The notes under the pieces: generated by a model
What the model was told of the DNA's origin: nothing
What the model saw: the letters and a program-made list of their open reading frames with translations, nothing else
The model's database searches: none
Source: Nodularia sp. (in: cyanobacteria)
GTDB taxonomy: Bacteria > Cyanobacteriota > Cyanobacteriia > Cyanobacteriales > Nostocaceae
DNA: 32,000 nt
Direction of reading: 5' to 3'
NCBI GenBank assembly: GCA_035638855.1
Contig: DASQZD010000086.1
Span: forward strand, 55,422-87,421
Made by a program: the position numbers and the translations under genes
Shown here: one piece after another, positions 16,476 through 25,410 of the stretch
Layout: the number at the start of each line of letters is the position of its first letter
Numbering within the stretch: the stretch's first letter is position 1

Positions 16476-17276
16476 AGACGACCTCCTATGATCACTAGCG
16501 TTTAACTGATCTCGATTTTTCAGTCGGATACTAGTCTATGATTTAGATCACATCGAATGATAGATCAAGATCATTTTCACCAGAGATACTTACGCAAGAT
16601 TAACTTGCTTCTCTGATTTAGACAAGTTTACACATGGAACGCAAAACTTAAAAATTGCTGTGCTTACTTGTCCCGTTCACTCCTACACACCACAGAACTT
16701 TTGCTTTTGACCTTTGTCTTCATCTCTTGTGCAACGCTTGCTAGGACTACTGAAGAATAATTATTATATATTCACCAAGTCCACTGTGGCTGTCAGCAAT
16801 ATAGTGAATTTGACTTCTGGAAAAGCTCTGCCCTCTGCTGTAGATATCTTCAAGGTTTTTCTAGTTGATCCGCCTTCTCAGAAGGAGACTTTACGTTGAT
16901 TTATCCCTAAAAATCAACCGTACAAACTTCTCACTACTTTTGTCCTCCAGGAAATTACCTATTCAACAAAAATAGCTCAAATAGCTGGCGGTCAAAGGTT
17001 GTACCATTTTTAGGGTCTTAGTCACGCCGACTTCAGTTCATCAAAATTTATCATGCAAATTCGGTATACTTCCGAATTTAATATACAAATTTCTTATATT
17101 AAGCCCCTGGTTGTGGTGACTACTGCACAGGAAAACTACGGTAAATATATTTTTACGTATAAATTATCATAATATTTTTTCTTACCCTGAGTGCCTTTTT
17201 TTGGCATAAATCTCACTCTAGGATTGATATTGGCGATTATTTTCAGTAATTTAACTTAGATAGGTTCTGCCGATAA

Positions 17277-17738
17277 TTACAGTAAATAACCCAACTGACG
17301 ACGGGCTTCAAATAAACTTACAGCTACACTGACTGAAAGATTCAAGCTGCGAACATGAGGCTGTGCCATGGGAATATAAAGGGTAGCATCACAATCTGAG
17401 AGAATTGTTGATGGTAAGCCTGTGGTTTCGCTACCAAAAAGCAACCAATCATCGGCTTGAAATTGAAAGTTGGTGTAATTAAAACTGCCCCTGACGGTGA
17501 AGCCTAAGCATCTACCTCCACGTTCTTGATGTGTGGCTTGAAAGGCTTCTAGGGATTCGTGATGATGCAGTTTGACATAAGGCCAGTAATCTAAACCGGC
17601 TCTTTTGAGGTAGCGATCGCTGATTTCAAAACCCAAAGGTGCTACTAAATGTAATTCTGTACCCGTTGCAGCACAAGTACGCGCAATATTGCCTGTGTTT
17701 GGGGGTATTTGCGGATAAACTAAAACGACCTGGGGCAT
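17277..17738 (-). CDS. trmL: tRNA (cytidine/uridine-2'-O)-methyltransferase TrmL (SpoU/TrmH family)
   Basis: The 153-aa product contains VVLVYPQIPPNTGNIARTCAATGTELHLV, LLFGSETTGLP and IPM...RSLNLS.SVAV, as in YibK/TrmL. Confidence 0.85.
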   Translation of the reverse strand: MPQVVLVYPQIPPNTGNIARTCAATGTELHLVAPLGFEISDRYLKRAGLDYWPYVKLHHHESLEAFQATHQERGGRCLGFTVRGSFNYTNFQFQADDWLLFGSETTGLPSTILSDCDATLYIPMAQPHVRSLNLSVSVAVSLFEARRQLGYLL

Positions 17739-18024
17739 TGTCTGTGATCAAACTTCATTGTATAAGTCTATACTATCATTACTTTGGCTCTATCTAATGA
17801 TAGATTCCATTGATAGGTTTTACTAATAAATATCAAATAACACCTAGATATTAAATTTTTTAAACAAAAGATAATTTTTCGGAAAACCTGTGACTTCAAA
17901 GTGGTTAATTTTTCGGATAAACCCAGTTGATTGAAGGACTTCAAGCTATCAGCATGGTTCTAACCGATCTGATTACGGCTAGATGGTGAACTATTTTGAC
18001 TGACATCAGCCACAAGGAATTTTG

Positions 18025-18056
18025 GGGAGAGAAAAGATTTTTTGGGTTTCTCTCCC
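18025..18056 (-). terminator. 10-bp inverted repeat downstream of gshA (possible terminator, no clear U-tract)
   Basis: gggagagaaa (18025..18034) and tttctctccc (18047..18056) are perfectly complementary around a 12-nt loop. The structure lies 32 nt past the gshA stop. Confidence 0.3.
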
Positions 18057-18087
18057 AAAATCTACCCCAGGGATGAAGACAGAAAAT

Positions 18088-19227
18088 TTAAGCTACTAGA
18101 GGCGAACACAATTTGTTTTCTAGTTCAACTTCCCGTTCTTGAGTGGACACAATCGCCTGAGTGATCACACGCTGGGAATCAAAACCGACTGAGTGCAGTT
18201 GTAACCACTGTTGGGCTTCGTTACCTGCGCGGAGAATTTTTTGCAATGGAGAAAGGAAACAGCTAAAACCATGTTGTTTAGCGATCGCCCAAACTTCTTC
18301 ATATAGTTCAGCAATCCAGTCTCTGGCGAGGATAGTTCTACCATCTTGCCAATGAGTCATTTCTGCATCAAGACTAGCTGTAGCTGCGGCTGCTTCGTTT
18401 CTGGCGGTGAGAGCAAGCAGTTGTTCAGGGTCAAAAATACTTTGAGTTAACGGATCGAGGTCAGGGTTGGCTATTAACTGCAACAAACGCGCTTCTAGGA
18501 AAGCGGCGATGGCTAGTAAAGCGATGGGATCGGTAACTAAGTCACAAATCCGTAATTCCAGGCGATTTAGGTCATGAGGACGGCGATCGCCATTTGGTCT
18601 CACCGATGTCCACAAATGGCGGACATTTTGCATCGTTCCAGCAGCTATTTGTGCTTCGACCCATTGAATATGATGGGCGTGGCTAGTAAATAAAGGCACA
18701 TGGACGGGAGTTTGGGGAAACACACCCCAACGAGTAGAATGATAACCGCTCGTATTGCCCTCAATGAAGGGAGATGAAGCACTCAAAGCCAGAAATAAAG
18801 GGGCTTCTAAACGAATCAGCCGACAAGCCCGCATTAATATTTCTGGGTCACTAATGCCGATATTAATATGAACACTGGCAGTAACTACTTTTGTCCCGTA
18901 GGTATTTTCAATGTAGTCATGATAGGGGTTCCTGGGGTCAGAACGAAAAAAGCGATCGCTTCCCCCCAACGACAAAGTACTACCAGGAATTAGAGTGTAA
19001 TTGCCTAAACTCTGGAGGTAGCTGCGTAACTCTCGCCTGGGACGTAGCAAAGCACACAATAATTGGTCATAATTATTCAATGGCTCGGTGATGTATTCCA
19101 CATTGCGGCTATCCGGTTCCCGCACAAACCCATCCAAAGAATCCACAATTTTGTCGGAGAGACCGACTATTTCACCTTGAGGTGTACCAGTATACATCTC
19201 AATCTCAAAGCCTTTCAATAGGACCAC
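18088..19227 (-). CDS. gshA: Glutamate--cysteine ligase (cyanobacterial GCS2-type)
   Basis: The 379-aa product begins MVLLKGFEIEMYTGTPQGEIVGL and contains VTASVHINIGI and LELRICD, matching my recollection of cyanobacterial GshA. The start is GTG, with GAGGAG about 6 nt upstream. Confidence 0.72.
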   Translation of the reverse strand: MVLLKGFEIEMYTGTPQGEIVGLSDKIVDSLDGFVREPDSRNVEYITEPLNNYDQLLCALLRPRRELRSYLQSLGNYTLIPGSTLSLGGSDRFFRSDPRNPYHDYIENTYGTKVVTASVHINIGISDPEILMRACRLIRLEAPLFLALSASSPFIEGNTSGYHSTRWGVFPQTPVHVPLFTSHAHHIQWVEAQIAAGTMQNVRHLWTSVRPNGDRRPHDLNRLELRICDLVTDPIALLAIAAFLEARLLQLIANPDLDPLTQSIFDPEQLLALTARNEAAAATASLDAEMTHWQDGRTILARDWIAELYEEVWAIAKQHGFSCFLSPLQKILRAGNEAQQWLQLHSVGFDSQRVITQAIVSTQEREVELENKLCSPLVA

Positions 19228-19332
19228 GTTGTTCTCCTCGCCTCTCCTAATCTAAGAATTGTATCGAATTAGACGAATTTCTGCATCTACATTTAAATTA
19301 ACTTAAGATTTACAATTATTTAAGAATTAACG

Positions 19333-19403
19333 AACCACAGAGGCACAGAGGACACAGAGCTTAATTCTTCCTTTGCGCCTCTGCGCCTGGTGCGTGACAC
19401 TAA
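19333..19403. repeat. Direct-repeat copy A flanking the helicase/PLD cassette
   Basis: aaccacaga...ttcttcctttgcgcctctgcgcctggtgcgtgacactaa matches copy B at 25477..25551. Over the ~39-nt core there is one mismatch and one 1-nt indel, in the same orientation. Confidence 0.85.
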
Positions 19404-19427
19404 TCCATATTTTCCCTCACCAACACC

Positions 19428-21206
19428 TTAACTTTTCCCTCTCCTCTTCCTTGGAGGCGGACTTTGTGAGAGGATAAAATGATCCGGTGAATCATTTTCC
19501 TGAGCAATGTTGAGACGCAGAAATTGCGCCCATACTTGATCACTAAGTAAGTTTAAAGCTGTTTCAGGTTGGTGAGATGCGATCGCATGGATAATTTTTC
19601 GCCATCCTTGCTGTAAGGCTTCCATAAAAATTTCCTCACCGGAAAGCTGACTCAGTAGAGAAAGTGCAGTTGCTAAACTTATTGAATTATCTAATATTTT
19701 TTGTGACGTTAAATCGTGAACTATGATATTTAACCACACTGGGAGAAGTTCCCACCAGTGGCTTGCTTGTATCTCCTGAAGTGCTAGATTTTGCATACCC
19801 AGCGCCCCCCAAATGCATAAAGCTTCTACAGCTAATTCAAAATCGTGTTTTTCTAAAGCAATATTCCATTGTTTTTGGGCATGATTTTGGCAACCATGAG
19901 CCAGAAATTGATATGCTTCTTCTACTTGCTTGGGAATAGTAACTTGATAAACAGACTCACCACATGGTAAATATTCGCCACCACAGTCAACCGAGTCATA
20001 AAAACCATAAAAATGAATTTCTTGATCAACTATAACTTCTTTAACATGGGAATTTCCCATACAGAAAAATTGTACAGATGGTAAACCCTCAGGAGTTTTG
20101 ATAGCGCGGAGTTTTTTTTCTACTTCTGCTTGTTCTGGCGAAATTCCATATCCAATTAAAATCCACACTCCGCTATTAGCTAATTTTTGTAAAAGCGTCA
20201 AAAATTCTTTATTGATAACAGCTTCACTCAAGGAAGGAGAATAGATAATAATTTGCCTTTTAGCAGAATTTAACACCTCTCGAAAAGCGGGAATAACTTC
20301 AGTATCGCCTAGTTTTAAAGCTCCTTGGCTAATTTTTTTTAGTCTAGATTCTATTTCGTCATTTTTATATTTCAGAGTGGCTTTACGCTCCAAATCAATG
20401 GATTCATTGGACAATTTACATAAAGATTGCCAAGGTATTTTACCTTTACCTTGCAGCACTTCCATTCGTTTTGATGCTGATTCTAAAATTTGCTTACCAT
20501 TTCTGATTTGGATACTCAATTTATCTTTCCCAGCATCCCAAATCACAAACAAAGATATGTTTTTCCAGATTATTTGCGCCGGGGCTAAAACCTTACATTT
20601 AGTAACAATTTTTCCTAATTCGGGGACATGAAAATCTAAACCTGACAACTGAATACATTTCTGTAACTTCTCAAGTGATAAAGCAGATATATCGTTAATC
20701 TTGCGAGCAATCTTGATAAATTCAGCTAAATCAGGTAAATTTAAAGGAGCATCATTGCATGGTTCAGCATGAAATATCAGCTTTCCGTCTAAAGCATCGG
20801 AAACTGCATATATTTGCATAGGATAAGTCGGCTGTGGTACAGAACCTTTAGCGTAAAAAGTCCGCCCTTCATCTGTAACTGTAATCGGCGATGTTGCGGA
20901 TAAAGTTTGTAATGTTTGCAAATTTGCAGTGGTACTGCGGACAAATATAGAATCAAGTCCTAATATAGATGCTAATTCATCTTCTGTGGGTGGAGGTGAA
21001 AATTCAATTCCAGCGCGGATAATAAATTCTTCAAGTAGATTAAATTCGCGCGGTTCCTGAATGGATAACTCTACAGGAGTTTGATGTAAACTATAACGAA
21101 ATTCCCTCGCAGCTAAAACTGATAAATCAGGATTTTGCGCTGTAATTTCCTCTACTAAATTTCTGAGTTTGTCGTCAATAGGTTTAGCCGCAGCAGCGAG
21201 AAACAT
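19428..21206 (-). CDS. wHTH + single-HKD phospholipase-D-family nuclease-like protein with C-terminal helical domain
   Basis: Residues 388-402 read H-V-K-E-V-I-V-D-QEIHFY-G, which fits HxK(x)4D(x)6G (nt 19995..20048). Upstream is the PLD-like strand/helix pattern RQIIIYSPSL...LQKLANSGVWILIGY. The N-terminus LEEFIIRAGIEFSPPPTEDELASILGLDSIFVRST looks winged-helix-like. The ATG at 21206 has AAGGAGG 8 nt upstream at 21215..21221. Confidence 0.7.
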   Translation of the reverse strand: MFLAAAAKPIDDKLRNLVEEITAQNPDLSVLAAREFRYSLHQTPVELSIQEPREFNLLEEFIIRAGIEFSPPPTEDELASILGLDSIFVRSTTANLQTLQTLSATSPITVTDEGRTFYAKGSVPQPTYPMQIYAVSDALDGKLIFHAEPCNDAPLNLPDLAEFIKIARKINDISALSLEKLQKCIQLSGLDFHVPELGKIVTKCKVLAPAQIIWKNISLFVIWDAGKDKLSIQIRNGKQILESASKRMEVLQGKGKIPWQSLCKLSNESIDLERKATLKYKNDEIESRLKKISQGALKLGDTEVIPAFREVLNSAKRQIIIYSPSLSEAVINKEFLTLLQKLANSGVWILIGYGISPEQAEVEKKLRAIKTPEGLPSVQFFCMGNSHVKEVIVDQEIHFYGFYDSVDCGGEYLPCGESVYQVTIPKQVEEAYQFLAHGCQNHAQKQWNIALEKHDFELAVEALCIWGALGMQNLALQEIQASHWWELLPVWLNIIVHDLTSQKILDNSISLATALSLLSQLSGEEIFMEALQQGWRKIIHAIASHQPETALNLLSDQVWAQFLRLNIAQENDSPDHFILSQSPPPRKRRGKS

Positions 21207-24200
21207 CAACGAAACCTCCTTGACTATCTACAGTATGAGAAATCTCTAAATACATACTTCCGACTTTTCCCCCTTGACGGGTAAATAAATCGTGACAACC
21301 CACAATTACGAGTAATTCTTGGGCGCGAGAAAAAGCCACATTCACCCGTTCTGGTTTCTTTGCAAAACCGACATCACCTTGATGATTATTCCGCACCATA
21401 CTTACTATTACCACAGCGCGTTCCATTCCCTGAAATCTATCAACTGTACCTGTGCGAATTTCCAGCGAAGGAAAAAGTTCAGATTGTAAACGTTCATCAA
21501 TTTTTTTCAATTGCGCGCCATAGAATGTAATTACTGCAATTTCCTTTTTTGGTTCCCCATTGGCAATTTTAGCAGCCCAAGTATGCTCGAATTGCTGACA
21601 CAGGCGTTCAATGACATCAATTTCACGAGTATTAAAATAAGAAGTATTTTCCCGTTCTTCTTCAAATTCCAGTTCTCTGGGAATTTTTACCCATACCAGA
21701 TGGTGATTTTTTTGGATAATTTCCCCTGTTAAATTATGGGCGCGTTGAGTGTCAGGTTCTAAAAGTCCACATTCTAGTTTACCCTGATAAAACTGATTAA
21801 TCGCCCCCATAATAAAGGGGTGCATTCTATATTGTGTATTCAGCATTTGTTTGATGCTTTTATCAGCAGCTTCAAACTGAATTTTAAATAATGATTCTTC
21901 TAAAAATTGCAGTTCGGATTTGCTACTGCCAAGTGATTGGGCAACTTCTTCAACTGTGCTAGTATCAAGCATGGGTGGTAATTGTCGATGGTCTCCTACC
22001 AAGACTAACTTTTTACCTTTTAAAGCTGGGATGAGTAACTCTGGTGGAGTACATTTACTAACTTCATCGATGATGACGACATCAAAGGCTTTAAATTCTT
22101 GGGAAAAGTTGTAATTTGCAGCTTGTACGCAAGTGATACCGACGACGTTAGCGTTATCTAAATAAATGCGTCTTAAATCGTTGCGATCGCGCTCTGATGG
22201 ATTTTTAACTTTTGCAATCCAATCTTTGGTAAAATCCTGGTATCGGCTGAGATAAGTTTCTTCTTGATTCAGTTGGTTTTCCCAAGCATCAAACTGAGTT
22301 TTGATATTGTGTAAAAATTCCAGATTAAATAAATCTGTAGGGATATTTTCTGGCTGAAATTTATCAGGTATGTTTTTACAGAAATTTTCCCACCAATTTC
22401 TTGATAAAATTAAATCTTCGGTTGGTTGTATCTGTAGTTGCTGATCTAATTTATTGAGTTGGGCTTGGATTTTTTTGAGTTGCTTTTGAGCAAGTGCGTT
22501 TTCTTGTTCTATAATTGTTATTTGCTCATCTAAAGACGTTTTGATGTTTTCTAAGACTTGGAAAGGTGCAATTGATGAAATTAAAGTTTCTAAATTGCTA
22601 AGATGAGTAACCGCAGCATTCACCTGAGTTGCAAATTCTGAAGAATCTTCCCAAATTTTTGATTGCGTAGTCAGATATTCTGTAACTAAAGCCCGCAATT
22701 TATCAGGGAGATTTTGCTGCTGGTTGAGTAATTGCAAAATCTCGATAACTTGTGTAAGCTTGATATTAGCTGCTTCGATTTGAGATGAAGTCGCAGATAT
22801 TTGTGCTTGAGTAGTTCTGTGTTTTTCAAGTTCAATTAATTGCTGTTGGAAAGACTCAAGCTGTTGTTCAGTTTCAGCCTTAACTCGTGCGATACATTGA
22901 CGCGCATTTGCGAGGATATTGGTGAGTAAGTCTTCACTAACTTGTTTAATAGTAGAGTCGAGATTATTTAATTCCCAGGCTTTACCATATACTGTTTGCA
23001 TTCTCAGCAAAAACAACTGCGTATGTTCCACCAGTAATTGGCGCTGATGTGGGTTGAGGAGTTGATAATTTTTGAACTCTTCATAGATTTTACGCCATTG
23101 AGTGCGATCGCTCGCACATAGCACAATGGGAATTTGACTAAAATTTTGCTCTAAAAAGTAACTAAAATTATATTGTTTACCGATTCTATCAGCGAAGCCG
23201 CCCTCAGTCTCATAAGTCAAGGCTTTTTGTAAAGCCTTCCAATCTGGGAAATTAAGCTGATATTTTTTTGCTACTATAGTTAATTTTAATTGATTAGCAA
23301 ACATCAACAAACCCAATGGTAATTGCAGCAAATCTTCTGTTAATACTTGTCCTGATTGCTGGCATTCCTTAACTATTTGATATAATATCACAGGTGCTGT
23401 AGACTTCCATTCCTTAATAGCTGCAATCACATAATCAATTTCGCGTTGGCGATTTTGCCAACCTTGAATTGTCTGCTGTAAAATTTGCCGCTTGGCGATA
23501 AATTGCTGTTCATCTATTTCTGGTGAATTCAGATTTTGAGAATTTTGGGGGATAGCCGATACCGCTTCTGCAACTTCCGACATTACTAAAATGGCATCCT
23601 CTGCGTAATCGAATGCTATTCTAAAGTCAGCAATTTTATCAGCTACACTGTCACGCAACCAAACAGCCAACCCAAAAGCACCATAAGCAGGACGCACTAA
23701 ACCAAGTTCATCAGTCCACTTGATAGCTTCACGAACATTGGTTAAAAATTCTTTAACTACAATATTATCTTCTGTATATGGCTGAAGATATGGTAAACAA
23801 TTTGTGACTTCTGAAGCTTCCCAATTTATATTCGCTGCATTTTCTAGGAGATAATCTAAACCTAAATTGATAGATTCCACCTGCTTTTTCTTATTTAAAC
23901 TTTCCTGATAAATTTTTTCTTGAATTTTACAGTCTGCTGCTAAACTTTCCTTTTCCTGATTTAATTGATTTTCTTGGTGATTTAGCTCTAATTCTAGGTT
24001 AAAATAATCTGTAAATCTTGGTATTGCTGCCAATAATTCACTCAATATTTTAACATTTTCCAGACGTTTATTAAGACTACTTTCACAGTCAGTCGCCGTA
24101 TTTTCCAGCCATGTTTCAATAACTTGGTCTTCTAAAAATGGCTGTCCTTCCTCCCCAACTCTCTCCGCGCGTCCTTTACGTACAGCCCGAATAACTGGGT

Positions 24201-25410
24201 TATGAACTAATCGACTCAAAGCATTATCCACAGCTAAATTAGCTTGAGAAGCGATGAGAGTACGTCCACCCCGCAGGGCTATTTGATAACAAATCTCGGC
24301 AATCACGGTAGTTTTACCAGTACCTGGCGGTCCTTGAATAAGAACCAAATCTTCAGATGCTAATACCTTTTCCACTGCTGCTTTTTGTCCAGCATTAGCA
24401 GAAGATAATAACAAATCATCCGCTTGAAGTTCCACAGTTTTTTTCATCCGTCTTGCTTGGGAAGCGTCGAATAAAAAGTTACCCAAGTAGGGATTTTGAG
24501 TTTGTCCGTGTTTTAGTTGTTCTAAAGCTTCTTTCTTGCGCCGAACTTGTTGAATATCCCCAGCAGCATCAAAAAATAAAAATCCCTTCACTGGTGGCTG
24601 ATAACGTTGTGTAGCGATATATTCAGCTAATTCTCGTTCTAATTTAACTTTAATTAAACAATTTTTCGGATCAACTTTTTCAATTGAACCAAATCTAGGA
24701 ATTTTATGAGTAAATTTTCCTGTAGGAACAGTTTCCGAAAGTTTCACTTCTTGGTTTTTTGAACGTTTCACCCGTTCCCAGAAACTAGCGACATTTAAAT
24801 AATTTTGTTCAGAACCATCAAGAGTAGCTGAATTCACATCTACTTCAAAAGTAATTTGTCTGGTATTATTTCCATAATCATTACCGATAAAAGCTACACA
24901 AAACTGACGGGCTTTCGCAATATTTTCCTCAACTTGCAAAAAAGCTTTCCAAGCTTGCAATTGGTCTTCCGTAGGTATATGATCACCACACACTGGCATC
25001 TTTTCCACACGTGACAATGCTGCTTTGGGAATACCTAAACGATGTTGCTCATGAGGTAAAAGACGTAAACGAAAAGGAACAGCATAACCATCAGTGTGTC
25101 CCCGTGAAACTTGTAATAAACGAGTAGATAAAATTTTTAAACCACCGCGCCCATCTTCTTGAATAGCTGCAATTAAACCTAAAGTTTTGCCTTGCTTTTC
25201 CAGCTTTACAGGTAAGGGAAAATCATCTCTATCAGTTGCAATTGTTAACTGCCAAATTTCCTCATTTGGATTTTTTCCCGCACCTTGACGACGCACATAA
25301 AACAAATAAACTTGATCAGCTAATAAGTCTATTATCTCATCTTTAGCCACTGCTCCGACGCACTTATAGCTCCAGCTTTCTGAATTGTGATTGTTAGAAA
25401 AAGTGGGCAT
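21184..25410 (-). CDS. Upf1/Dna2-like superfamily-1 helicase (AAA_11/AAA_12 type) with ~330-aa unknown N-domain and ~700-aa coiled-coil insertion
   Basis: - Motif I: LIQGPPGTGKTT (nt 24307..24333).
- Motif Ia: TLIASQANLAVDNA.
- Motif II: VVIIDEVSK (DE at 22063..22068, residue ~1115).
- Motif III: LVLVGDHRQLPP.
- Motif IV: YRMHP.
- Motif V: TVDRFQGMERAVVIVS.
- Motif VI: RVNVAFSRAQ. Confidence 0.85.
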   Translation of the reverse strand: MPTFSNNHNSESWSYKCVGAVAKDEIIDLLADQVYLFYVRRQGAGKNPNEEIWQLTIATDRDDFPLPVKLEKQGKTLGLIAAIQEDGRGGLKILSTRLLQVSRGHTDGYAVPFRLRLLPHEQHRLGIPKAALSRVEKMPVCGDHIPTEDQLQAWKAFLQVEENIAKARQFCVAFIGNDYGNNTRQITFEVDVNSATLDGSEQNYLNVASFWERVKRSKNQEVKLSETVPTGKFTHKIPRFGSIEKVDPKNCLIKVKLERELAEYIATQRYQPPVKGFLFFDAAGDIQQVRRKKEALEQLKHGQTQNPYLGNFLFDASQARRMKKTVELQADDLLLSSANAGQKAAVEKVLASEDLVLIQGPPGTGKTTVIAEICYQIALRGGRTLIASQANLAVDNALSRLVHNPVIRAVRKGRAERVGEEGQPFLEDQVIETWLENTATDCESSLNKRLENVKILSELLAAIPRFTDYFNLELELNHQENQLNQEKESLAADCKIQEKIYQESLNKKKQVESINLGLDYLLENAANINWEASEVTNCLPYLQPYTEDNIVVKEFLTNVREAIKWTDELGLVRPAYGAFGLAVWLRDSVADKIADFRIAFDYAEDAILVMSEVAEAVSAIPQNSQNLNSPEIDEQQFIAKRQILQQTIQGWQNRQREIDYVIAAIKEWKSTAPVILYQIVKECQQSGQVLTEDLLQLPLGLLMFANQLKLTIVAKKYQLNFPDWKALQKALTYETEGGFADRIGKQYNFSYFLEQNFSQIPIVLCASDRTQWRKIYEEFKNYQLLNPHQRQLLVEHTQLFLLRMQTVYGKAWELNNLDSTIKQVSEDLLTNILANARQCIARVKAETEQQLESFQQQLIELEKHRTTQAQISATSSQIEAANIKLTQVIEILQLLNQQQNLPDKLRALVTEYLTTQSKIWEDSSEFATQVNAAVTHLSNLETLISSIAPFQVLENIKTSLDEQITIIEQENALAQKQLKKIQAQLNKLDQQLQIQPTEDLILSRNWWENFCKNIPDKFQPENIPTDLFNLEFLHNIKTQFDAWENQLNQEETYLSRYQDFTKDWIAKVKNPSERDRNDLRRIYLDNANVVGITCVQAANYNFSQEFKAFDVVIIDEVSKCTPPELLIPALKGKKLVLVGDHRQLPPMLDTSTVEEVAQSLGSSKSELQFLEESLFKIQFEAADKSIKQMLNTQYRMHPFIMGAINQFYQGKLECGLLEPDTQRAHNLTGEIIQKNHHLVWVKIPRELEFEEERENTSYFNTREIDVIERLCQQFEHTWAAKIANGEPKKEIAVITFYGAQLKKIDERLQSELFPSLEIRTGTVDRFQGMERAVVIVSMVRNNHQGDVGFAKKPERVNVAFSRAQELLVIVGCHDLFTRQGGKVGSMYLEISHTVDSQGGFVDVSRCCG

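Noticed and set aside
20377-22114. Plus-strand ORFs 20377..20631, 21511..21732 and 21920..22114 inside the cassette, as possible antitoxin or small partner genes
   Set aside because: All are antisense to the long minus-strand ORFs. Their products are hydrophobic and low-complexity (F/I/L/N-rich), as expected from AT-rich antisense DNA, and none has a ribosome-binding site.
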